Shown: positions 38,901 to 50,465 of the stretch, piece by piece | How positions within the stretch are numbered: the stretch's first letter is position 1 | Layout of the letters: every line of letters begins with the position of its first letter | Source: Phoronis australis | Taxonomy: Eukaryota; Animalia; Phoronida | Reading direction: 5' to 3' | NCBI GenBank assembly: GCA_002633005.1 | Contig: NMRA01000110.1 | Span: forward strand, 872,731 to 936,730 | Length of the DNA stretch: 64,000 nt | Position numbers and translations under genes: made by a program | Notes under the pieces: generated by a model | Seen by the model: only the letters and a program-made list of their open reading frames with translations | The model's database searches: none | Told to the model about the DNA's origin: nothing

Positions 38901-41900
38901 AAGGGTTTGAAACTTGAACTGCAATGTGACCCGGAAAAAGGCTTGGCGTGTTTGAACAGGGACAATGTCGGCGCGAAGATCGGATGCCGACAGTTTGACT
39001 TCAAAATTAAGTTCAGATGCCCCAAAGGAAAGTAAAAAATAAAAAATAAAAATAAAAAGTAAAAGAAATTGAAGTAACATCCAGGACAGCCAGTAAAGGA
39101 CGGTGCAACTTAGACAGGCATATGGCAGCCTGCGGTTCAGTGACTCTAGGATCTCGCTAAAAGCAAGACGTCGCGAGATTACGTGAGATATTTCCGTGTA
39201 TTTTAAGTGAGAACACGTGACTTTAGATAGATTTTAGATAAGTCCTAGCGTAGATCCTAGCGTTACTGAACTTACGTCAGGTTTAGCGTGTTGCTTCTAT
39301 GCAGGATCGAGTCAAGTTCTCAACGCCAATATAATTTTAATTTGAGTTGTTCCAGAAAATTATTTTTGCACCATCGGATGTACTCGAAAAGAGGCAACTT
39401 TAAGTGCGACACTCGTAACACTGGCGATGTTTTTGAATGTTTTTGTGAGAGGCAGCACTCACGTAAAAGAGCTTGAGCATTGGTGTATATAGCTTAACTT
39501 TTGTGTTTTTGCATGTTACCTCTCTGCCCAATGGAATACACGTGTCGTGGCCAAAAAAACATCACGAAAGCCGCCCTTTGTTTGTTTGTATGCATATTTT
39601 GGAGCTCGCTGTAAGAGAATCTCCTCTGGTGAATGATTTTAAAAGTCCAACGTCATTTCCCATGCGTTTAGCTTAGTTTCAATACCTCAGTCTGTCCACA
39701 AGTCCAACAAATGCCAAGAACTATGTTAACAACGTCTGCAATATGATAACCGGCTACGTTTGGTTTTCAGAGAGCTGCGAGAAATGTTCGCTGTTATGGC
39801 AAAACAGTCACGAGCCCGGTGCAAAAGGGGATGATGAAGAACGACATCCGGTAAGACTTGTTTCAACGATCGCTACGACCATTCCATCTTACTTGGTAAC
39901 TCAACTGCTTCGGTAGAACGTTTTTTCAAAATTTGTACGAAGGTGAACTTTAAAAATGTTCATAGGTATGCATGTGCACTGTGTGGAATGTAGGCATCAA
40001 ATAGCTCACTTGCGAGTTTCTCGCTAGTCACTGTGACGTCACCGGAAAGGGGGCAAAACCCGCCATATTGCTCTTGTTTTGCCCCGAGTCTTTGCTACAC
40101 ACGCTAAAACTTACTGGAGTTCTTATGGTGAATTTTACGCTTAAAACGTTAAAACAACTTAAGATATGGTAGATGGGTCGTGGAATAACTGTGAATAGAC
40201 GAAGAAAACGTGACCTTGTTATGTTGTGCGAAGCTGTGAACGGACTGAAATTCATTGGAACTTAACCCGCTCTAGGCCTGAATGGCGTAGGCATACAGGG
40301 GCGATAGTGTATACCCATAAAAAGATATTCTCTTCAAAATACAGCAAATAAAATCAAATGAAACATGCATATGTGCACATGAAGTTATAATTAACACATA
40401 CCCTGACTCTGGACACAATTTAGTTTACAAATAACTTGAGCATATTCATGAAAAGCTCGCGGTTCTCTCCGTCGAGTTTCTCTCACTAAAGAGCCGCCAT
40501 TTTGAGGAAGTTACGTAAAATCACGCCTGTTGACGAACAAAAAGTCCAAGGGACACAAATCTTACAAATTTCACTTGTCTTGATATTTTCTCATGCTATT
40601 TTGCAAGTGTCACGCTCCAGGTCACGCGCCAGATCTCGCGCTTCGCTCAGTCTCGCGCTAGCCTTTGCCTCATACTCATCTGACTCAGTATACTTGATTG
40701 TGGTAATCGCGCGCGCGGACAAAGTTAACAGTAACCACAAAGTGGAGTTGGAATTCTTCGCCTAAGTCACCTGAATTCCCGTATATTATATGCTTCATCG
40801 AAGATATGTTTAGAAGCAGAAAGAGTCACTGAAGAAAGTAAGAGCCTTTTAGCTGTTAATTTTAGGTGTAGAATGTATTTTCGACTAGGTGAAAACTTTA
40901 CCAGTGAGCGGATTTCGCCTACCGCCCGTTTAAAATACACGGGACGAAATTAGTACAGAACGCGATAGAACGTATTGTAGTGCAAATCTGAAGTTCATTT
41001 GCCATAACAGCAATGCTTTTGGGCATTTTTCGAACTAAACGGCTAAAAACTCGAAGACAATAACAGAATACACTCTGCTACCGTATTGGGCAAATGACCA
41101 AACGACAAGCTTTTGCCCCACTTCCCGTTACGTCACAGTTTAGTCTCACATAATCTCGCGTTATTGTTATAAACTCGCAAAAGGCCTATAGATAGCGCTT
41201 GAACAGATGAAGGGATTGTTTGTGCAGTTGTGAAAATGGGTCATTAAAACTGAATCGCTCACTGACCTCATTGTGGGAAGTTATAGCATACATGTAGACG
41301 GGAGACAAATCATAAAACGGAACAATATAGATAGCGCCGAAGCCAAAGTTAACCACAAAAGGTGTTTCCTGAAATAACCAAATATATAATTGATTCATGC
41401 CCATTTGACGGTTGTCTATTCAACCTTTTGGCATTTTTGACAAATACATGTATCTTGTACGTCAACGCTGTTACAGGAAAAGGTCTGTGATGGTGAAACT
41501 CCAATTGATGCCTATTGCACAAGTAAAGTGACTTGGTCTGGGGACGGCATAAAACCCTTGGTGTTTAACCAATGGACTTCACGTAATGCGCCGAACAGCC
41601 TAGTACCCGGGAAAAACTGCAGCCCTCGTGGTGGACTGGAATGTCTTAACATTGAGAACCACTGGCCTTGTCTTGATTATAAAATCAACTTCTGTTGTTT
41701 CAGTGGACGTAAGTGATATCGCCTTGATTATTCTCTCGCTTTGTGCTTAGATTATTTTCCTGATGTTCCATATACATGTATCTGGGCCCCTCCCATTCTG
41801 ACAACGTAGCCTGGTGCTGCGTACATGTAAATATTCTGCAGTGACCAATGTTCCTGAAGCTACTCATTGCATTCTTTGCTTTTGCAACCACCAATACCTC

Positions 41901-44900
41901 ATTATCAAAGGCTGAAGGGGCCGGGGTGTAATGTGTGTTTTACTTCGTCATGAGTGCAACTGAATGCATTCTGTGTAGACACAAAATGTAGAAAAGGATC
42001 AGTTAGTTCGAGTTAAAAAATTATTAGACCGACAAAGCAACTAAAACTCTTCAACTTTGTCTACAATATGACTTGTGGTGGGGATTCGTAGCTGCAGAGG
42101 CTTGCCTTCATGCATGCTATAACATTACCCCGAAACGGACGAATATCGTACCCAGTGAGTACCCCCGGCGAGTTCGTACATACACTGTAAGTGTTGAGAA
42201 TGAGAGACGTAAAACAGGCCTACTTGATGGATGTTCCTTGTCGGACAAGTCTTTGGTGGTTGTCTTGCGCGTGACGGTGTAACATTGGTGTAGTTTCACA
42301 TCCGAATGCTCACGCTTGCAACTACGATCCTAGCCACAAACCTGAAACGCACTGGGTGGCTATTTATCTGCCCGAGAATGGAAAAGGAGAATATTTTGAT
42401 TCGTACGGCTTGTCACCGCTATAGGACCACTTGCGAGATTATCTCGATAGAAATACGAATGGATGGACAACTCAGACCAAACAACTTCAGAGACATTCGT
42501 CGACAGTTTGTGGACAATATTGTATATTTTATTTTTATATCGGTGTCGAGCATAGGGCATGGACTTTATCGCTAATGGGTTTGATAAAGACACTAGAACT
42601 CAAGGTCGCTGTGCTTCCGAATTTGTCTACGGATTAATGTAATTGCAACTCGTATACATAAATATTCAAAGTCTAAACGCCCACTGTTACTTATCGTCTT
42701 AAGCTACAGAGATTATGAGATTGAATTTGACAAAAATGATACTTGACGTGAGTTAACGTTTGCTTACGGAAAAATATAAATATTCGAACAATCGAATAGT
42801 TTACGTTAAATTCACCTCAGAGGAAGCGTTGGTAAAAAACTTTTATACAGCTTCAGAGGATGATTAACCTAGAAAAAAAAATAATAAAAAAGTTATTGAG
42901 TATTGACTATAGACGATCTAAAAGATAAAGGAAAAATACAGAGTACAGACGGTTGGTCAAAAACAACGAAAGGCTGGATACCACGTACGCGCAACAAAAT
43001 TTAAAAGTCTGGCTAAGACAAGGGTTAAGCACATGATAACTCACCGCTAACGTGCAAACTCCGGTCTCGGAATAGTTGGTATAATCGGCCTTGTCTCTAT
43101 TCGGTTTACTTATATCGCCGGCGTTCAAAGTCTTTATATACACCATGCGTAACACGTAATAATATATAGACAATAATATGTAGACAATAATATGTAGACA
43201 ATAATATGTAGACAATAATATGTAGACAATAATATGTAGACAATAATATGTAGACAATAATATGTAGACAATAATATGTAGACAATAATATGTAGACAAT
43301 AATATGTAGACAATAATATGTAGATAATAATTTGTTTGAGACGTGTGTATACCCAGTTGTTTGGTTCGTACATGTAATACACGTAACGAACCTAGTATCA
43401 CGAAAGGCGTTTATCAAAATTTGAGTAAGTATCCAGCACGTTATTGAAGTGCAAAATTCGCAAACAGGTCCAAAGTGTACTTAATTAACCCATGAAATAT
43501 ACTCAATTAAAACATTATAAAGTAGGGTTTGTGTCAGCCCTGACTTTATATGAGATTCATCGAAGCTCAAACGGTGCTTTGTGCACATATGTGTACGAAA
43601 ACGCCACGTAATATTCTTGCATTTATCCAACAAATCTGTAAGAATCATCAAAGGTCAGACGGTGCTTTGTGCACAAGTAACTTTGTGTACGAAAACGTCA
43701 CGTAATACTTTGCATTTATCCACTTTTATCAATTTCTGTATGCTGTTATTAGTACACGATTAAACTTAAAAAGTTTCCTTTCTCTCTTATGTGGTCACAA
43801 TATTTTCGACAACATGTCTACCTACCTGCAAGAGAGGTGCATTCACCTACTTTTGTCCCAAAAGACGAGTGTTCGACGACGGCGTCACCACTTTTACCAT
43901 TGAACATTTAATTCGGGATATTTTTAATAATTTGCTACTTTAACGGATAATGGTGTGTGGACGTCTTGATGATTTTTGTATTGTCTTCGAATGTTCTTTG
44001 CTATTAATTCACGTTTAAACAATATTAAGTTTATGTTCTGTTTTAGGCGGTCACATTTTATTTTAAGTATTATTAGTTTAGTGCCAGCCGGTACCCGGGT
44101 TAGACTTTAGGCGACATCTGTTGATGAGTTGGGTGGTTATCTCCTTATCGTCTTTTATTGGTTGTATGGTTATCTGTTGTTGAGAAATGAGAACAATATG
44201 CAACGAGGACACGTGAGGCACGCGGTATAAGGCAATCCACATTTTGTTCTTACTCAGCAGTGAAATCCCCATTTTGTTTCGGGTCTCGATCAGTTGAACT
44301 CTATACAAACACGACATATTTAACGTTATCTTTCATATCATTCGGGTGGAGGAGGAGGCCACACCCTCACGTATCTTATGACGCCTGCAGTCACGTGATT
44401 TCCAATTCAACCTTCCGATTTTTCGACGTCTTACATGTATGACCTTGACCTTGGATCGAAGTGCCTCTCTAATAGGTGCAATTAAACCTATTACGTAATG
44501 AGGTGTGACGTCATTGACACTTCTGTCTGGTGGGCAGGTGATATCACTTCACATTGCATCCATCAGATGTCACCTTTGAACTTTCCTGTTGGATTGATGT
44601 CCTTTGACCGAGGACCCGCAAAAACTGGGCTCTTAAACTTATTATTATACTACACTCGAGTAACCACTCGAAATTTCAGACTTATTGCTGGGGGTCATCA
44701 AATGTACTGTAAACTAGGATTAGGAAGTTATTCACGCAAGTCATCGCGTACTCGAGCATAGACTAATCGATATATTTTGTTTAATTCCCTCAAACGTAGA
44801 ATACAAAATGCCTAAAAAACTTCGAGTTCAATATTGCGTAAAAATACAACCTGCCTGCTGATGGCACATTGACTGAAAGCCACGCGAGCAAGTTTGGAGA

Positions 44901-47900
44901 GACATTTAGAAATAGGGTCTTGGAATCCTTACAATTTTAAGTCAAGCTCATGTCGAGGAACAGGCAAATTTTGGTTGGAGATATGGCATATCTAGATGGG
45001 ACAAAATCTTAGTTATTCAACTAAAAACCTGCCAATAGAACTCAATGTAGGCTAATTCGTTTAGCCTGAGGATACAATTTGAAAACGGGGAATGTTTTCA
45101 TGACAACTTAGCACTTATGCTTTTTCAGCGAAGTCCTGGACTCCGTGGTTGAATCGTGACAGGCCTTCTTACAGCGGCGATTGGGAAGTGACTTCGGCGT
45201 TTCGGGTGAGTGTGTTACTATGAAAACTGAGGTAAATTACGTTTTTAGTGTCAAAAACGCATCAAATCCTTGTTAAGCCTTGATACAGATCTGTATACTA
45301 AATATAAAGCTTTGCGCCGATGTGGGTAAAAATGAGGAGATAAAATATGACACAAAATTAGTGTTATTAAAAACTGTCAGGAGTGGACTGACACTGTTTG
45401 TAGTTTTATTATATTGTTCTATTGTTCTGTTTGTGTTATTGATTGGCAATAGTGTGGAAATTTCACTCTAGCATGTGAGTGATTAATGTAGTCTGAAACA
45501 TTCTAGAGCCTAGCATATGTTTGTAGAATGATTGGGTAGAGTCCGGAAAGTTCTAGAATTTGTTTGAATTGGTGAAAAGCTCTAGAACAATGCATTAGTC
45601 TATAAATACACAAGCACAGGTTTATATTAGGCAGTTAAATAGTTAAGAAAGAGTTAAAATTTGAAAGTCATTTCGTTACAAGAGCGTTTAAGTTGCGTTG
45701 CTGAGTGTCTCAGAAGTTCATCACAAGTCAAGGCTTCGCAGCGCTGGCTGGAGTGTAGAACAGACATTTCGTCGGACGTTTTGTTTGAGTAAGCTTGTGA
45801 ACGTACGGTCGGGATTAACTAAGCGATTAACTCGAGCTAGTCTAAACTCTATCGTCGTACCGAAAGCTATTAGCACCGATCTGTAACAACCTACGAACAC
45901 CCACACACAGGGAAAACGTGACAAAAACTGCACAATTATTTGAGTAAATAAAATTACCTTCTGGTTTTGGAAAAGTTGGTGCTATACTGTTATTCTACAT
46001 CTAAAATTGTGGAGCGACCTTCTGCGTCGGCTTTCGGCACCATGAAATATTGAGTCACTGAGCATGTTTTTTTTTCGCCGACTCTTCAATCAACTGTTGT
46101 TCTTTCACGAGGTTGAGTAAATGTCACAACCAATTATCGGAACTGGTTTCACTTCATTATAAGCTTTTAGAATTTTGATACCGACAAACCGAATTTCAGA
46201 AGAAATTTTGTTGCTGCCAAGCTATCATCATCTCCCGAGAGATGTGGCAAAAAATTAGGAAATGGCGCCTGCGCTTGTCACGAGCGTGCTCTTTTCAAAA
46301 CGACGACATACTTTTCATTGTTAGAAAAGGCAGAGAGTTACGCAAGAAAATTATGTTTATTAGATAGTTTTTCACATAAACGGCTGTAACCGGCTAGGTG
46401 AGTGTCGTTTGATTACCTGATTTTGCATGCACCCAATCCTGTCTTTAGCCCTACATGTTGATACAGGTTTCACGGCGAGTTGACGAGCAGAATTACACTG
46501 GTTGTGTGCAATTTCGGAAACTATGGAAGAAAAACACTCAGTGGTACCTACATGTACTCTAGCTGTATTTTGACGATAGTCTTCATACAGTTTGTTGCGT
46601 CCAAATATAAATACATGTATGTGGGTGCATATTGTCGCCTTCTCTGTCTGGGCGTACGTCGTCCGACGTAAGCTGCTGTGACCCCTAAACCTCTTGCAGA
46701 ATATTAATGAGATTTGACAGACGTGTGTCTATTAAGGTGACGACAGATGATAGGGAATATCGGGCCGATAAGATTACTGCTGCCCTAACCCCTGTTGGTA
46801 ATTTTTTTCTTTACGTTTGGTTCGTCATACAAAAAGTTTGTTGATGATGTTTCATGAAATTGGCTGAACGACAACGCCTTCCCATTTAATGACGTATCTA
46901 GGGATATCCTGGGGTATGGAGGCACAGAACAGTTCTCACAGGGGTTTGCCCATCAGAACACACGTCAATAGACTCTTCACCCTTTCTTCACTCTGTAAAA
47001 AACTGCATGCACATAAAGAAAAGTTATGAGTCATTTCACATCACAAGCCCCGCAGATGAACACAGAAACTTTATTCTCTCTTGTATTTTTGACCCTTTCA
47101 CTTCCACTTAAAATCCAAGCTAGACTAAGAAAAATTGGGTCGAAATGCAAAAACGGCACTTTTCACCCCAAAACCACCACTTCCCTGCCGATGCTCGACT
47201 AAAGCCAATGTTAGATTCTGCAAGCAAATTACCTACCGATTCCAAAAGTCTAAAAGTACGTCACTCAACAAGTTGTTTTTTTGCAAATCTGGCTTGTTAC
47301 AGGGCTTCCTGAAATCGCGGCCAGTTTTCAGTTGCTACGCAGCAATGCATAAATGCAACAAGGTGCCAGCATCTTGAAGAAGACTGCAGCTACAGCTGAG
47401 CAAGGGGCCTTTTTATTCTTAGCATGTTCACTACTACAGACAAACCACATTCACTTGGCTTACATACAATACCTGACTAGCCGCTTCAATGGCCAGTGTG
47501 AACATTGGTAAAATCAATATGTTTCTAAGACCGCGGCTGATGTTGAGTTTCGGCAAATATGGCTTGTTACAATGTAGAATGCAAGTTAGAAAACTGCAAC
47601 TAGGCGTTTGTTGGGACTTCTGTGTCTAAGAGCTTTTTCAGCCTGTTTGTGCCCGAAGGCCTTTCCCGAACAATACAGTACCAGTGTGTAAAATTCCATC
47701 GAAACAGGAACTCCGGTGTAAAACAGATATCCTGGAGCCGAAAACAGACTCCCGCACCTTCAGAACAGCTAACCAGTCCGAAAAACACGAACCCCGACCT
47801 TTAAAACAGGAATCCCGGGAATCGAAAAGGAAACTCGGACAATTTTCCAAATTTTCTGAGATAAAATAACTAGCCTCAAACTTTGAGTTAAAGCATCTTC

Positions 47901-49408
47901 AAGTACTTTCCAGTTGTTTTCTGCTTGTTAAAATTGTCAATAATATGACGTAACTTATACTATATTGACATTGTTATTTGACTGTTATCAGTGAAACTCG
48001 TGCAACTTGTCTAGGAGCGAATTTCAACATAGCCTATACCTCAACACGATGTTATCTTGGTGAATATTTAGTTAATTTCGGATCATTCATTTAGAAAAAA
48101 TCGAAGAACCATTCTGACCCTGCGCGCAATCAGCGATGGGGTCTTGCGTAGACAAAAAGGTCCGCTTCAGAGCAACAAAAACTCCGAAAGAACATGCGAG
48201 ACAAAAGTCCATCAAAAAGGCAGGAAATATGACCAAAATTCGGCTCTGAGCGTACCCCTTGAAACTTAGTAAAAGGTCCACAATCACACAAATTCGAGCC
48301 CCATGTTTTTAGGCTGGGTGCGCGCATGCCTTTGGAACCGATAACAATGGTTGGTAAACGGTGTTTTTCTCGGGACTTAGAATTGTTTTTCGAAATCCGT
48401 ATAGGCAAGCTCGGGGACCTTTCTGTGGACTGCATGACGAAGCGACCACGAGGGAGCTTGCGACACCTACCAGCTTAAGCAGCCTACTTTAAATTTCGGA
48501 TTTATGCTTGCCGAGCGAGGTTGGCTTGTATGCCCACGTCCAACCGGGTAAATTTGTGTGTCCAAGCTACATGTATATGTTCATGTACGTAGTCAAAGAC
48601 TATTACCAGACAGAAAAGTGATTATCTTAGATCAGTACCAGCACTTACACAGAACCACGCTTATAAACACAAAAACAAAGAGGTTACGTCAGTGACACTG
48701 TTAAGTAATAAACAAACTTATGTTCTCTATTATAAACGAGAATATATACCTATTAAAAAATATTCAGATTAATCAGTTAAGTTGTTGCAAACCATCAAGT
48801 GAAGACGAAGCACGTTGGATTAAAAGGTAACGTGTAGTGAATGGGGGTGACATCAGTACTTAAATAGAGGGCCTGGAAGAGGTGAAAGCGATCTGTTTGG
48901 GTTGGCAGGACTCAGGGGCAGTTCCGGGATTATGAGTTAGGGGGCGCCAGGGCAGAGTATGAGCAGGATTTTGCCCGTCAGAAATTCGCACCCTCGAAGT
49001 GCCAATTGGAATATAGCAGAATTTTTGGAGGTCCATGGCCCCCTTGCCCTCCCCCCCTTAAATCCGCCACTGGGACTTAAAGCTTGACATATGAAATCGA
49101 AAGGAACCACATTTGTCGGTTTACATTGGGGAAAATAGACGCTTCATAGAAAATCAGAAAAGTACACTACCATCTTTCATTTCCAGATAAACAACAAATT
49201 TCTTTGCGATGGCATGACTCCACTTGCCGCAGAGTGTCGTGTAACTGGTTCCGAGAAAACTTTCAACCAGTGGAATTACAAGGAGGCAACAGACGAAATC
49301 TTGAAATTTGCTTGCACACCTGAAAAGGGCCTTGCCTGCCTCAACGAAGATCAGCCGGATAGGAAGTGCAAGGATTACTCCATACGCTTCCTGTGTCCGC
49401 ATGTGTAG
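35926..49408 (+). CDS. Secreted precursor: signal peptide + acidic pro-region + KR + three WxxW (CysD/Mucin2_WxxW-like) domains, paralog B (~377 aa)
   Basis: Exons 35926-36109, 38312-38391, 38769-39027, 39771-39850, 41477-41708, 45129-45205 and 49187-49408 join in frame. Motifs W-x-x-W-L-N-R-D...GDxE, C...P....C, and C...GL.C.N......C.DY.I.F.C. The exon 3 donor is atypical. AATAAA at 49569. Confidence 0.82.
38590..38665. repeat. (AGTGTGC)n heptamer / GT-rich microsatellite
   Basis: Tandem agtgtgc units. Confidence 0.9.
40003..41189. mobile_element. Non-autonomous TIR element
   Basis: actgtgacgtcaccggaaagggggcaaaa (~40031) is inverted relative to ttttgccccacttcccgttacgtcacagt (~41111). The outer pair is ttgcgagttt / aaactcgcaa. 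Confidence 0.55.
42290..42545 (+). pseudogene. Polinton/Maverick adenain-like cysteine protease fragment
   Basis: A single frame reads CNYDPSHKPETHWVAIYLPENGKGEYFDSYGLSPL*DHLRDYLDRN...QLQRHSSTVCGQYCIFYF, with the His, Asp, Gln and Cys motifs and one stop. Confidence 0.8.
43169..43330. repeat. 14-bp minisatellite (GACAATAATATGTA) x ~11
   Basis: Near-perfect tandem units. It accounts for the repetitive ORFs at 42907-43417. Confidence 0.95.
45375..45999 (+). mobile_element. Possible solo LTR
   Basis: TG...CA candidate ends, repeated ttctaga motifs, TATAAAT at 45601 and AATAAA near 45947. No TSD was confirmed. Confidence 0.35.
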
Positions 49409-50465
49409 TGCTATCTCAGGTCTCTTGGGATTTTACAGTTGGGTCAAAATTCCTCGACTCCAACCTTAGTACAAGTTATATATGGTGTAATGGTAAATTT
49501 TATCTGAAATAAAGGCAACATAGCATTTCCTATCTTTTAACTTACTAACATTGTTTTTTGTATCTTCTAATAAATTCAAATTTCTTCCGCTTTAAACAAA
49601 TGTCTTGTTCTTCTGAGAAATCAGCGTGATACATTGTAACATTCACGTCACTCTTCTCAACTGTTCTTGAAACTACAGCGAGACATTCAACATGGGAATT
49701 TTGTAATTTCTTTAAATTCCTTCTTGTGTCCGCACCACTAGCGCCACCTCGGTTCATTTGGCAATTTACCGAACTCAAGAGATAATACTTTTCAACTTCC
49801 CTAGATCTACATTAACCCCATTTTAATATAAAATGAATAAATTATTCCAAAATTTGAGATTAATAACACAAAACTCTTGGGGGTATACTTCCAAATGAAT
49901 TACTGTATGGTGACAATTCAATTACAGTGAAGAATTTAGTCCTCATGTACCCTCACACCCAGTTGTATTTCAAGATGGGTCACCGCCGGTGTATTTATTT
50001 TCAGCATAGAGCGTGGAAGTTAGAAAAGGCGTCAGGGTTGACAACTGATGCAGAGAACGAAGATTTTCGAGTTTTGGCAAAAAACGCAAGCAGCTCTCAA
50101 ACATCAGCGCTGCTATCAAGGATTTTTCTACCAAGTAGATGTGTTGAGTTAAACAACATTGAAGATGAACCGTTCCAATGTTTTGTTGAAACCATGTCTG
50201 ATTTGAACACGGGGTATCATCGTTTAATAACAACATTAGGAGAGATAAGTGTAGAGTCTGGATTGTTCATTCTCCTGCAGATTCATGCCCGCACCCAGTC
50301 TAAACAATGGGAGGGCTCGAATATTTGATAATGAGGAACTTATACTAAGATCGACGGAGTACGTTCAGAGCTATGAATTTTGGTAGCTTCTGCTTTTTTA
50401 ATAGATTTGTGCCTTGTTTTCTGCTTTTCGGAGTTTTCGTTTCTCTGTGGCGGACCTTTTTGCCC
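48150..50465. repeat. Pair of inverted dispersed-repeat copies (48150-48260 and 50355-50465)
   Basis: caaaaaggtccgc...aaaactccgaaa...accaaaattc...gctctga.cgtac is present on opposite strands. Confidence 0.6.

Noticed and set aside
42907-43417. Hydrophobic repetitive ORFs and a CRISPR-like regular repeat
   Set aside because: A spacerless 14-bp minisatellite in eukaryotic DNA. Neither a gene nor a CRISPR array.
14240-49408. The two gene copies as uncollapsed haplotypes across the gap
   Set aside because: Most exons and introns are too diverged and carry different insertions. True paralogy is more likely, though order across the gap is unverified.
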